64,000 nucleotides of DNA from a bacterium (GTDB lineage Bacteria; UBA10199; 2-02-FULL-50-16; JAJFLM01), in contig CBDCFN010000016.1 of assembly GCA_965216315.1 (NCBI GenBank), positions 1,600,001 to 1,664,000 on the forward strand. The letters are read 5' to 3'. Positions 1 through 10,948 of the stretch are shown here, piece after piece. The position numbers and the translations under genes are program-made. Position 1 is the first letter of the stretch. Every line of letters begins with the position of its first letter. Below the pieces are notes generated by a model. The model was not told the origin of the DNA. It did no database searches and was given only the letters and a program-made list of their open reading frames with translations.

Positions 1-40
1 TGAGTTCGTCATTGGAAATAATTTTACAAGCTTGAATCAT
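1..40 (-). CDS. 5' fragment of a gene running off the window (MIQACKIISNDEL...), possibly PyrK-like
   Basis: ATG at 40-38 just downstream of the rimI stop; open to the window edge; only 13 codons visible. Confidence 0.3.
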   Translation of the reverse strand, partial: MIQACKIISNDEL

Positions 41-55
41 AAGCGTCTTCTTGCA

Positions 56-502
56 CTATAATTTCAACTGCATTACCAGCGCGTCTTCCTCATTATCTTG
101 ATAGTAGCCTTTGCGTACATCAATCTGTTCGAAGTCGTGCTTCTTGTATAACTGGATGGCGGCCTGATTCGACTCGCGTACGTCCAAAAAAATCCGTTCA
201 ACCTGTTTTTTCCGACCGTAATCGATTAAATAAGTCATCAACGCAGTGCCTACGCCTTGTTGGCGGGCTTGCTGCCCTACGGCAATGTTGATCACATGCA
301 TTTCACTGTCAACATGCCAAAAATCAAGATAACCCAAGACGTCGGCGCCAGACTTCGCTACCATCATATGGGCTATCTTGAGGTCTAATTCCATCTGAAA
401 AAGATTCTCAGAAAACGGCAACGGAAAGGAGACACGTTCAATCTCGAGGACCTGAGGCAAATCCGTTCGCTGCATGGGAACAATCTTAAGTTTATCACCC
501 AT
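56..502 (-). CDS. rimI: Ribosomal protein S18-alanine N-acetyltransferase
   Basis: GNAT motifs (NIAV...QQGVG, LDVRESN..AI.LY) and C-terminal RKGYY...EDALVM. Confidence 0.92.
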   Translation of the reverse strand: MGDKLKIVPMQRTDLPQVLEIERVSFPLPFSENLFQMELDLKIAHMMVAKSGADVLGYLDFWHVDSEMHVINIAVGQQARQQGVGTALMTYLIDYGRKKQVERIFLDVRESNQAAIQLYKKHDFEQIDVRKGYYQDNEEDALVMQLKL

Positions 503-540
503 CGCTTGAGAGGAGACCCTTATCTCTCTTATTTTTAAAG

Positions 541-1881
<1,341 letters not shown>

Positions 1882-1939
1882 TCAATATTCGGACGACAGA
1901 CCAGGAACCTGGACTTTAGGACACCGTATCTGATAATTA

Positions 1940-3061
1940 GTGAATAGAGTCACCATGAAAGAAGCCAGTAAAAAAATCGAAACACTTACGGCAGAAGAGA
2001 AATCAATCGCACGCCATGTCCTCCTGGGTGAGTCTATCGTCGATAGCCTCCATCTCACTCTCGCGAAGCGTGAGGCTGTCGATCAATTTCTCAAAACCAA
2101 TGAATTCGACTGGAACGATTCTGAAGACCGCCGTCGCCTTCAGTCGATCCACAATGAAGCGGTTAGCTATCTCGAGTCAATATTGGTTCGACGCCTTGAC
2201 AAGAGTGTCGCCAAACCCGACGACATAAGAGAGCTTTTTAGCATCGCAGCGCAGGATGAATCAAACCGGCCCTTTCAACTCGATACTTTCCCGCCTTCCG
2301 AAGATTTGCCGTTAACCAAGCAAGCCTGCCTATTGCTCAAAGTCATGAATATCATTCACCATATTAATGGTCATGAACTGTTATACAGTTGTCCCATCAG
2401 TCGCCGGCAAATTGCCCAAAAAGTGGATGACAAAATTGGACGTGAACTCTCGCGACTTAAAGCCTCGGGTTTTCCGCTCACGTCTTTTGAAGGGGGACGA
2501 AAGCCCAAAGAGAGCCTTATTACCAAACTGCTGTGCAAGCGTACGACAATCGCCTCAAGGATTAACGACCGTTTGCGCTATCAGATTATCGTACCCGAGA
2601 AAAAAGACCTGGTTAGTCTCGTCGTCGAATTATTTAGTACGGTCTTACCCTGCAACTATCTCATGCCCGGCACGACGATCAATCAACTCATCGACCCGGA
2701 CTTGGTAATGAGCTCCCAGGAATTGATTTCTCATAAGGCGAGAGACATGGCCCATTCGATTGCGCGATCTGTTTCACATTTGCTACCCCACTCTCTAGAA
2801 GAAGTCGATTTCACCGGCAGTGACTATCGCATTCTCAAATTTGTTGTCGATGTCCCCGTGAGAATCGATACCCACACCGCGGCTATTAACGACTTACACA
2901 CGACTGAACTGGGAGTGATTATTTTTTCGCTGGTTGAAATGACACTCGTTGATGAAGCCACCCATGCGGCAAACCAGCGAGGTGCCAATGCGCACGATCA
3001 ATACAAGTCGCGTCAAAAACGGGGAGCCCTACAGCGCATGCTCGGGGGCAAACTCGAATGA
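1940..3061 (+). CDS. TIGR04552-like protein (RelA/SpoT-like nucleotidyltransferase fold); start may be ATG 1955
   Basis: GRKPKESLITKLL..K...A..I.DRLRYQII and DYRILKFVVDVPVR motifs. Confidence 0.7.
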   Translation: MNRVTMKEASKKIETLTAEEKSIARHVLLGESIVDSLHLTLAKREAVDQFLKTNEFDWNDSEDRRRLQSIHNEAVSYLESILVRRLDKSVAKPDDIRELFSIAAQDESNRPFQLDTFPPSEDLPLTKQACLLLKVMNIIHHINGHELLYSCPISRRQIAQKVDDKIGRELSRLKASGFPLTSFEGGRKPKESLITKLLCKRTTIASRINDRLRYQIIVPEKKDLVSLVVELFSTVLPCNYLMPGTTINQLIDPDLVMSSQELISHKARDMAHSIARSVSHLLPHSLEEVDFTGSDYRILKFVVDVPVRIDTHTAAINDLHTTELGVIIFSLVEMTLVDEATHAANQRGANAHDQYKSRQKRGALQRMLGGKLE

Positions 3062-3552
3062 GCGGCATCCTATTTGTTATTGGGATGGCCTTTGTCGTCG
3101 GCTTTTTACTTATTTTTGCAACATCGATGTCCGGCAAGAAGCGCTTTGATGGCATTGGCAAAATAGCCGACGATCAGCCACTCGTCTATGATCGCTTTAT
3201 TCGGGTTTGTAAAACCTTAGTCGAATCACTCAAACTTGAAATCGATAATATTGAACTTTCTCAAGACGAACAAACCATCGACATTTATGCACATAGCGCA
3301 ACACCGATTACTGGCTCTTCTTTTCTGATCCATGGGGCTTTGAAGACTCCTCAAGAACCCGTCTCTGCGGCGGAACTGGTTGAACTGTCGAGTGCGATTA
3401 TCCAGGACCGCTTGTCTAAAGGAATTTTCATTACGAATTCCACCTTTACCGAGGAGCTGCCCTCAATCTCGGAACTCGCGCCGATGGAATTTATCGATGG
3501 AAAGAAATTAGAAGAACTGGCGAAGAAATATAAGATCCCGCTGACAACTTAG
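3058..3552 (+). CDS. Membrane-anchored Mrr-like restriction endonuclease domain protein
   Basis: N-terminal TM helix; C-terminal KGIFITNSTFT...EFIDGKKL typical of Mrr_cat; ATGA overlap with upstream gene. Confidence 0.7.
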   Translation: MSGILFVIGMAFVVGFLLIFATSMSGKKRFDGIGKIADDQPLVYDRFIRVCKTLVESLKLEIDNIELSQDEQTIDIYAHSATPITGSSFLIHGALKTPQEPVSAAELVELSSAIIQDRLSKGIFITNSTFTEELPSISELAPMEFIDGKKLEELAKKYKIPLTT

Positions 3553-3719
3553 AATTGGGTCATCCGGTCGTAGATCTTGTCGCGTTCACCCTTCTTGATC
3601 AAACGATCATTGGCAATGATCTCACGAACAGCCGAAAAAACCGTCGCAATGGTAAAAAAGAACATGATGACGAGGGCGATATTGTCGGGCTTGGTCAGGT
3701 TGGCGATAAAGTGTTGCAT
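3549..3719 (-). CDS. 56-aa single-TM microprotein (MQHFIANLTKPDNIALVIMFFFTIATVFSAVREIIANDRLIKKGERDKIYDRMTQF), absent from the ORF track
   Basis: Hand translation; one TM helix; KPDN..NDR motif; TTGACA-N17-TAGTCA promoter directly upstream. Confidence 0.75.
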   Translation of the reverse strand: MQHFIANLTKPDNIALVIMFFFTIATVFSAVREIIANDRLIKKGERDKIYDRMTQF

Positions 3720-3808
3720 GGAGGGCGCTGACTAACACGCGTTCGCCAAGCTGTCAAATGGAGGGGTATTGACAAAGCCCTGCTTTTCAGTGCAGAAAGA
3801 CCCCTTCG

Positions 3809-4648
3809 ATGTTCCAAAAACTTCTAAAATTCGAGTATTTAGAACATTTAGAACAAATGGATCCTATTTGGTATTCCCTCGGCCCCCTCTTTGCTTTCAA
3901 CCTGCTGCTTTTAGCGACTTTAGCCTATTTTACCCTGACCTACGCCGAGCGAAAGACGAATCAAGCCGACATCGATAACAAAGAGCACAGCCGTCTACTG
4001 AGCCGCTTCCTTAAACAGTATTGGTACTGGTTTATTTCACCGGCCGAGAAGCTCTGTCTACGCTATGGAGTCTCTCCGAATGCCCTGACGCTAATGGGTT
4101 TCTTTACCTGTTGTGCCTCCGCTTATTTCTTTCACTTAGGCATGATCGGACTCGGCGGCTGGTTCATGATCTTTGGATCGACTTTCGATATGTTTGACGG
4201 TCGAATTGCCCGCCTAACGGGCAAAGAAAGCCCCTCAGGCGCCTTCTTTGACTCCGTAATGGACCGGTTCAGCGAGGCCGTTGTTTTCCTCGGCCTGGCC
4301 AGTTTCTACCGTAATACCTGGGTCCTCTACGCCATTTTCTTGGGCCTGATCGGCTCGATGATGGTCAGTTATACGCGGGCTCGTGGCGAAGGGATTGGTG
4401 TCGATTGTAAGATTGGGATTATGCAACGACCGGAACGCATCGTGTACTTAGGCGTCGGCTCCATCTTTAGCCCCGTATTCGCCTATTTCATCTCTTTCTT
4501 CTACCCGATGCGCTACGACTTCATGACCATCGGGGCCATCGCGATTATCGCTCTCCTGACCCCGTTATCGTCAGTGAGCCGCATGCGCTACATTATCAAG
4601 AAATCTGAAGCTCAGAACGCCAACCACAGCACCCCGGCGTCCGCCTAA
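3809..4648 (+). CDS. CDP-alcohol phosphatidyltransferase
   Basis: DMFDGRIAR...GAFFDSVMDR signature; SYTRARGEG; multiple TM helices. Confidence 0.93.
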   Translation: MFQKLLKFEYLEHLEQMDPIWYSLGPLFAFNLLLLATLAYFTLTYAERKTNQADIDNKEHSRLLSRFLKQYWYWFISPAEKLCLRYGVSPNALTLMGFFTCCASAYFFHLGMIGLGGWFMIFGSTFDMFDGRIARLTGKESPSGAFFDSVMDRFSEAVVFLGLASFYRNTWVLYAIFLGLIGSMMVSYTRARGEGIGVDCKIGIMQRPERIVYLGVGSIFSPVFAYFISFFYPMRYDFMTIGAIAIIALLTPLSSVSRMRYIIKKSEAQNANHSTPASA

Positions 4649-6660
4649 CTGGGCAGGACAACTTGGCTACGATAAGTCGGTAATCCACCGTCATCCGGCA
4701 CATCATCATCCTGAGGCAATGCAATCTCCGGCTTATGTTCCGGCACTGGCATAGCCCGGTTGCCGGCATAGACACCGTGTCGACCGTGTTTCTTATACCA
4801 CTCACCGACATCCGCATTCTTGAACATATTTTCGATGATCTGACGCCAGCCCACTCCTGTATTGTAGGCACAGAACGAGATTTCACCGATTTGAGTGGCA
4901 TAAGGAATGATACACATTTCCGTCCGGCGGAAATCATAATTGAAGAGGTCTTGGAACCACATGCCGGCGACAAACATAAAGTGCCACTTGTCACGTTTGC
5001 GCTCCTTGCCTTCACCGTAATCTCCACCACCGAGACCACCGCCCGATTGCTTATCAAACTTGCGCAGTAACTCGCGCAAGCCAAAACCTTTGGGCGCCTT
5101 GGAAGGATTATAATTGCGCAACAATGACATCGCGACTTGTGCCTTCGTCAGGGCTTCACCGCGATTGGCATCCGTAATCGTTCCCATATCATTTAATAAC
5201 TGTTCCAGATCAAGAAACTCGCTCAACGGCCACCATTCTTTGGTTTCCTTGTTGACCAACAAACCCATAATCGTTCCGCAGTTGGGATGGCAGCCACACT
5301 TCAAGGTTCCCCAATCCGCCTCAGGGCCCTTCATCATGTCCGCCAAGTCGGAAAACGGTGCCGCTGCAGAAATAGGAAACCAATCACGCAAGGGTTCACT
5401 GATTCCCGTCTGGTTTTTAACGTCGTGCGCCAAGTGAGACAACGTATAACGTTGTTTTCTGCGATCTTCATCACTAATATCTTCATCACGCCCGGTAAAA
5501 GAGACCGGCTGAAACGCACAGAAGGTAATTTTATCGGAATTCTGCACGGCAAATTCGACGATTTTACCAACCTGGTCGTTATTAATCGTATTAACAATCG
5601 TTGTAACTAAAACGACATCGATACCGGCTTTCGCCAAGTTGGTAATCGCTCGCAGTTTCACATCAAACAGATTGGATATTTTCCGATGGGCGTTACTTTC
5701 GTTGCTCACCCCATCAAATTGCAGATACGCGATGCGCATTCCCGCTTCATAGGCTTTTTCGGCATACTCAGGATCTTGCGCAAAGCGAATCCCGTTGGTC
5801 GCCGCTTGAATACTGAAATAACCGATATCCTTGCAGTACTTAACCGCCTTGAGAAAATGGGGTGACAGCGTTGGCTCTCCACCGGAGAACTGTACGGACA
5901 TCTGACGCCGCGGCTTGATCTTCAGCGAGTTATCCAAAATTTCCTGAATCTCTTCCCAGCTCAATTCGTGGACATAGCCAACCTGATTCGCATCCATGAA
6001 ACACGGATCACACATCATGTTACAACGATTGGTGAGATCGACCGTCAGGACCGAACCGCGGCCGTACTTAACCGAACTACTGCCGTGGTTCCGCAACAGT
6101 GTCTCCGGAGATTTGAAATCGCGACCCGGATAGCGCCGCTCAATATTTTCTAAGAAGTCGACATCCATGGCCATGATGTCTTCAAAGTGCCCATGTTTTG
6201 GGCAATCCTTGACCATCCAGACCTCACCGTCCCGTTCAATAATCTGCGATTTGATTTCGCCAGGATTTCCCTCAATCAGCTCCGTATAATCGCGATCACC
6301 CGCAATGATTTCTTCCCGCACTTCCTTCACACAACGAGGACATAAAGAATCGGTCTCACGCGGCCAACCCAGCGGCGGTTTGGTCTTCTCATGGCTTTTC
6401 AACAAAGGGGCCGGCGCCCATTTCGGCTGAAAAGGCTTGCCTTGTCGATATTTGTTAAAGAACTGAAAGGTCGGCCACGCGACACGAGCACTTGTACTGA
6501 TGACATGTTCGATCGCCCGCTGAAATATTCCCGGCTCCGGATAGGCCAACCAGCCCCCTTCAGGGGTCATGCTCGAAGGAACTGCCTCAACAGGAGCTCC
6601 CTGTTGCGTCTTCAGCACCTCTGCTTGCATCTTTTCGAGTTCTTTGCGGGCTACAGCCAT
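4645..6660 (-). CDS. Radical SAM protein of the Tes/GDGT-MAS (MJ0619) tetraether-lipid-synthase family
   Basis: N-terminal SLCPRC...CPKHG metal site, TNRCNMMCDPCF radical SAM motif, CGCHPNCG, C-terminal CIIPYAT...FCAYN. Confidence 0.8.
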   Translation of the reverse strand: MAVARKELEKMQAEVLKTQQGAPVEAVPSSMTPEGGWLAYPEPGIFQRAIEHVISTSARVAWPTFQFFNKYRQGKPFQPKWAPAPLLKSHEKTKPPLGWPRETDSLCPRCVKEVREEIIAGDRDYTELIEGNPGEIKSQIIERDGEVWMVKDCPKHGHFEDIMAMDVDFLENIERRYPGRDFKSPETLLRNHGSSSVKYGRGSVLTVDLTNRCNMMCDPCFMDANQVGYVHELSWEEIQEILDNSLKIKPRRQMSVQFSGGEPTLSPHFLKAVKYCKDIGYFSIQAATNGIRFAQDPEYAEKAYEAGMRIAYLQFDGVSNESNAHRKISNLFDVKLRAITNLAKAGIDVVLVTTIVNTINNDQVGKIVEFAVQNSDKITFCAFQPVSFTGRDEDISDEDRRKQRYTLSHLAHDVKNQTGISEPLRDWFPISAAAPFSDLADMMKGPEADWGTLKCGCHPNCGTIMGLLVNKETKEWWPLSEFLDLEQLLNDMGTITDANRGEALTKAQVAMSLLRNYNPSKAPKGFGLRELLRKFDKQSGGGLGGGDYGEGKERKRDKWHFMFVAGMWFQDLFNYDFRRTEMCIIPYATQIGEISFCAYNTGVGWRQIIENMFKNADVGEWYKKHGRHGVYAGNRAMPVPEHKPEIALPQDDDVPDDGGLPTYRSQVVLPS

Positions 6661-6833
6661 GGATTGCCTCCTGGTTGACTCGTTACGTTTTCAATGTTCA
6701 GAATCTTCTAAATAGCTAATATCATTGAGGAAAATTTGAGTGGGTGTACCAACGCCCACCCGCGCTGTCAATGTTTATTTCACGACGGATCCCTTGCTTA
6801 AGTCAGAGGGGAAGATTAGAGTCAGGGCTGGCT

Positions 6834-7193
6834 ATGAGCGCCCTGATTGAATTAAAAAAAAATAAGGTCTTTTCGCTCCTCGAAGCACAGGACCTGCTCC
6901 CCTTGATCAGAAGGATTACCGGAGATGCCGTCGAGCAAGTCACGCTCCTCGAAAACCAAGTCCATCAATTAGCCACCCATTCGGAGGAACGAAGCCAATT
7001 GGAAGGAAAACTTAATGGCATTGTCCGCCGCTGGGCTGACAAAGTCAGCAAATTGGGAGCGGTCCCCAAGGGTTTTTGGCTCGTCGACTTTGATAACGGG
7101 GAGGGATATTATTGTTGGAAATATGGGGAAGAAGACGTTAAGTTTTTCCACGAATACTCAACGGGTTTTAGCGGACGCACGAGAATCAACTAG
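6834..7193 (+). CDS. DUF2203 family protein
   Basis: FSLLEAQDLLP N-terminus; KGFWLVDF...YYCWKYGE...FFH...GFSGR C-terminus. Confidence 0.85.
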   Translation: MSALIELKKNKVFSLLEAQDLLPLIRRITGDAVEQVTLLENQVHQLATHSEERSQLEGKLNGIVRRWADKVSKLGAVPKGFWLVDFDNGEGYYCWKYGEEDVKFFHEYSTGFSGRTRIN

Positions 7194-7881
7194 TTAAGCT
7201 CTCCAAGCGCGGCAATAGTGACACATTAATATCGTTAATCCCTTTCAGAATCATATCCGCCGCTTTCATTTCTTTTTTAGAATAACTCGTGGTCACTCCG
7301 ACGCACGGCATTTTGGCCCGATGTGCCGCCGTTACTCCCCAGTGAGAATCTTCAATGACAAGACACTCACTGGCACGTAGTGGCCAATCAGGTGAAAATA
7401 TATTTTGATTGAGCCAATTCAATGCGCGCAAAAACCCGTCCGGATAAGGCTTGCCCCGCTTCACGTCTTCCGCGCTGACGATAAAACTAAAATAATCTTT
7501 GAGGTCGGCCCGCCTTAATGGAGCCACGATTTCTTGCCGCAAGGCTCCTGACACAACGGTAATCGGGTAGCGTCTCGACAACATTTTAATCACACGGCCG
7601 GCCCCCGGCATGAGAACGTTATTCTTTCTTAACCAATGCTGAAGCACGCGGGCCTTATGTTTCATCAGCTGAGAGAGTAATTTATTGGTCAAACGACTGC
7701 GCTGGTCCTGAAAATACCGTTTAAAAAAGGCAATGTCGTCATAGCCTAAATAACGTGCATAATAGGTTTTTTTGCTGAGAGTATGGCCGACATCGCGAAG
7801 AACCGTTTGAAACCCCATGAAATGGGCCGGCTCCGTGTCCGCAATGACCCCGTCAAAGTCAAATAAAATGGCTCGCAACAT
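7186..7881 (-). CDS. HAD-superfamily phosphatase (beta-PGM-like)
   Basis: FDFDGVIADTE, KPYPD, IEDS motifs. Confidence 0.9.
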   Translation of the reverse strand: MLRAILFDFDGVIADTEPAHFMGFQTVLRDVGHTLSKKTYYARYLGYDDIAFFKRYFQDQRSRLTNKLLSQLMKHKARVLQHWLRKNNVLMPGAGRVIKMLSRRYPITVVSGALRQEIVAPLRRADLKDYFSFIVSAEDVKRGKPYPDGFLRALNWLNQNIFSPDWPLRASECLVIEDSHWGVTAAHRAKMPCVGVTTSYSKKEMKAADMILKGINDINVSLLPRLESLTS

Positions 7882-8354
7882 CAGGAGTAGCTGATCCCTA
7901 AAATTTCGAATTCTCGTGGACCGCCGGGCGTTTGGACAGTCACGGCATCGCCCTCTTCCTTCCCTATCAAAGAACGCGCTATCGGAGAATCGACCGAAAT
8001 CTTCCCCTTGCTCACATCGGCTTCTACGGCACCAACGATCTGATAAGTTTTTTCCTCTTCGCTTTCTTCGTCCATCAAGCGCACGGTCGCACCAAACACA
8101 ACTTTGTCGTGATCTAAAGTTGATGGGTCAATCACCTGTGCCTCGGCGATATTATGTTCAACCTCGGCCATCTGAGCCGCGATCATCGCCTGTCTCTCCT
8201 TAGCGGCATGATACTCGGCATTCTCCGATAAATCGCCATGTGAACGTGCAACCTCTATATCTTTGATATTTTGGGGCCGCTCCACCGATTTGAGCTGCTT
8301 TAAGCGCTCCGTTAAAGCCTTATATCCCTCCGGTGTCATTGGAACCTTCGCCAT
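7881..8354 (-). CDS. greA: Transcription elongation factor GreA
   Basis: HGDLSENAEYHAAKE, ISVDSPIARSLIGK. Confidence 0.97.
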   Translation of the reverse strand: MAKVPMTPEGYKALTERLKQLKSVERPQNIKDIEVARSHGDLSENAEYHAAKERQAMIAAQMAEVEHNIAEAQVIDPSTLDHDKVVFGATVRLMDEESEEEKTYQIVGAVEADVSKGKISVDSPIARSLIGKEEGDAVTVQTPGGPREFEILGISYS

Positions 8355-8371
8355 AAATTACTCCTGAAATG

Positions 8372-8923
8372 TTAAGTCGATCTATTCCACGGAACGTCTG
8401 GTTGGCCCGATCGTTTATTCAGTAGTCGCGCCATCACAAAAACACAGTCCGATAGTCGATTGAGGTATTGTACAATAGCGGCGGATATATCAACATCCTG
8501 CATGAGCGCAACCACATCGCGTTCCGCTCGCCGCACCACTGTTCTCAGAATATGTGCCCGAGCCGCACCCTCCGAACCACCCGGCAAAATGAATCCTGTC
8601 AGCGCTTCCAGCTCCGCCTCCCAGGCATCAATAGCCTCCTCAAGCTCTTTGACATCTGGTTCATCAACAATCTGCGTACGTCCTTCAAGCCGTTGTCGCT
8701 CCGGAGTCGCTAATTCGGCACCTATATTAAAAAGGACATGCTGCGTCCGCTCCAACAGATCATCGATATCTTGATCCAAACCCAAGACACGTACCCAGCC
8801 GACATAAGCGTTGAGCTCGTCAACCGTTCCATAGGCCTTCAAGCGCGCATGGGCCTTAGAGACCCGTTCCCCGCCAAAGAGACCTGTTTCACCGCTATCC
8901 CCGGTCTTGGTATAGACTTTCAT
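8372..8923 (-). CDS. PduO-type ATP:cob(I)alamin adenosyltransferase
   Basis: KVYTKTGDSGET, YGTVDELN, RTVVRRAER, YLNRLSD. Confidence 0.95.
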   Translation of the reverse strand: MKVYTKTGDSGETGLFGGERVSKAHARLKAYGTVDELNAYVGWVRVLGLDQDIDDLLERTQHVLFNIGAELATPERQRLEGRTQIVDEPDVKELEEAIDAWEAELEALTGFILPGGSEGAARAHILRTVVRRAERDVVALMQDVDISAAIVQYLNRLSDCVFVMARLLNKRSGQPDVPWNRST

Positions 8924-8949
8924 AAGGCCACATTATATAGCATCTTCAC

Positions 8950-9840
8950 ATGCGTCAATCCATAGAGATCCCGACTTCATTGCCATTTTCGCAACGCTAT
9001 TGCCGTAAGGTCTGCCAAGAGAGTGACTCCAATTTCGTCAAAACATTTCGCTTTTTACCGAAACATCGCCGCCTCGGCTTTGAGGCCTTTTATGCTTTTT
9101 GTCGCCTCGTCGACGATGCCGTCGATGAAGCCCCCTCCCTTGAAGTGGCCGCAACCGAACTCGAACTTTGGACACGCGAGGTCAACGCAATTTATCAGGG
9201 CGACCCTCAAACCCCAGTCGGACGCGCCCTCGCCCCCGTCATCAAACGTTTTGATATCCCACGCCAATACGTCGATGACCTTGTCGATGGGTGTCGAATG
9301 GACCTGACAAAACATAAATATGAATCTTTTGAGGAACTCAAAGAATATTGTTACCGGGTCGCTTCGTGCGTCGGACTGGTTTGTCTTCATTTGTTTGAAG
9401 CGGATCTTTCTGAAAAAACTCAAACCGCTGCTATCTCATTAGGGTATGCCGTGCAGCTTACGAATATCTTGCGTGATGTCGCTGCAGATCTCCGGCAAGA
9501 TAGACTCTATTTGCCTATGGAAGATCTACGTCAATACCAGTTAACGCCCGAGGACTTACACCAAGTCAATGGGTCTCGCGATCGACTTATCAATCTTATT
9601 GAATTTGAAATTGGAAGAGCACGCGACTTCTATCAAAAAGCATGGTCCGGATTTCCAACCACAAAAAAACAAAATCGGCCCCTATTGACCGCCCACATGA
9701 TGGGTAAAATTTACGAAAACATATTAGATAAGATTGAGAGGCACCCACTACGAATTTTTCGGGAAAAAGTGGGGCTCTCGACCTGGCATAAACTGCGCAT
9801 CAGTATTGGCCTCGCGGCGCGCTTTTATAACCCACTATGA
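8950..9840 (+). CDS. Squalene/phytoene synthase family, HpnD-like presqualene diphosphate synthase
   Basis: YAFCRLVDDAVDE, YCYRVASCVG, QLTNILRDV..D...RLYLP. Confidence 0.85.
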   Translation: MRQSIEIPTSLPFSQRYCRKVCQESDSNFVKTFRFLPKHRRLGFEAFYAFCRLVDDAVDEAPSLEVAATELELWTREVNAIYQGDPQTPVGRALAPVIKRFDIPRQYVDDLVDGCRMDLTKHKYESFEELKEYCYRVASCVGLVCLHLFEADLSEKTQTAAISLGYAVQLTNILRDVAADLRQDRLYLPMEDLRQYQLTPEDLHQVNGSRDRLINLIEFEIGRARDFYQKAWSGFPTTKKQNRPLLTAHMMGKIYENILDKIERHPLRIFREKVGLSTWHKLRISIGLAARFYNPL

Positions 9841-10847
9841 CACTCGAAGAAATCCTCAAAGGAGTCTCCCGTTCATTCTACTTAAGCCTGCGCTTTTTAC
9901 CGCGCCGGGTTCGAACCTCCATGAGTCTTGCCTTTCTTGTCTGCAAAGCCGCTGATACCATTACCGATACGCGGCTGATCCCGCGAGAGCAAAGGCTGGC
10001 GATGTTAGCAGACTATCGGCAGCTCTTTACCGAAAGCCCTGACACGACTTACTTTGAACGCTTGAAAAAAGACGTCGCCGTTGCCGCTGATAATATCCAC
10101 GAAAAGCAACTCTTACTGCAGCTACCGGACCTCTTCAGCGCACTCAATGAATTAACCGCTCACGATCAGGAACATATCGCTTCACTGGCCACCGAACTGA
10201 CCCATGGCATGATATTTGATCTGACCCGTTTCTCCGGAGAAGACGCCAGCGAAATGCAGTTTCTTTATACCGACAAAGAATTAGACGACTATACTTACTA
10301 TGTCGCCGGCTGCGTTGGGCTTTTCTGGACGCGCATCTTGCGGGAACACTTCAAATTTGCGCGTGGCTGGGATCGGGAACTAATGAAGGAAATCGGCATC
10401 AACTTCGGCAAAGGCCTGCAGATGGTCAATATCTTACGAGACTTGCCGCGTGATCTCCAACAAGGTCGCTGCTATCTGCCGAGTGAGGCCCTACAACAGC
10501 GAAGCCTCGCTCCCCACCATTTACTGGACTCAGCTTCGTTAGAGCTAGTGAAACCTTATCTCCAACAACTGCTCAAACGGACCCGAGACTATTTGGCATG
10601 CGGCCGCCAATATGCCGGGGCGCACCCCTTGCACACCTTAAGACTCAAATGGGTTGTCCTCTTACCAATGAAATTGGGATTTCAGACCTTGGACTTGCTG
10701 GAAAAATCTGACTCTTGGCTGGACCCAGATGTCGTCCTCAAAGTCTCCCGCCCGCAGGTCTATCGGACGATGTTGACGGCATTTCTCAGTAGTTTCCGCC
10801 GCAAAGGGATCGCCAGACCTCTAACGGCACCGCCCTACGCCACCTGA
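9837..10847 (+). CDS. Farnesyl-diphosphate farnesyltransferase (squalene synthase-like)
   Basis: VSRSFYLS, ADTITD, YTYYVAGCVG.FWT, GLQMVNILRD, GRCYLP. Confidence 0.82.
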   Translation: MTLEEILKGVSRSFYLSLRFLPRRVRTSMSLAFLVCKAADTITDTRLIPREQRLAMLADYRQLFTESPDTTYFERLKKDVAVAADNIHEKQLLLQLPDLFSALNELTAHDQEHIASLATELTHGMIFDLTRFSGEDASEMQFLYTDKELDDYTYYVAGCVGLFWTRILREHFKFARGWDRELMKEIGINFGKGLQMVNILRDLPRDLQQGRCYLPSEALQQRSLAPHHLLDSASLELVKPYLQQLLKRTRDYLACGRQYAGAHPLHTLRLKWVVLLPMKLGFQTLDLLEKSDSWLDPDVVLKVSRPQVYRTMLTAFLSSFRRKGIARPLTAPPYAT

Positions 10848-10895
10848 TAAGCCCCTGATAACCAACAAAAATTTGCGAATCTTTGCGAAAATTAG

Positions 10896-10920
10896 CAACT
10901 TTCAGGCTCCCGCCGCGATA
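10896..10920 (+). promoter_or_regulatory. CAAC-N16-CGATA promoter-like motif (copy A)
   Basis: Same spacing as copies at 39956, 41906 and 57099; shares AAAATTAGCAACTTT with copy B. Confidence 0.65.
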
Positions 10921-10948
10921 AATTAGCTGCGTATTGGAGGTGTGTGCG

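Noticed and set aside
506..530. Hairpin between eno and rimI as a member of the 70-nt repeat family
   Set aside because: Only loose purine-rich similarity; too short to support
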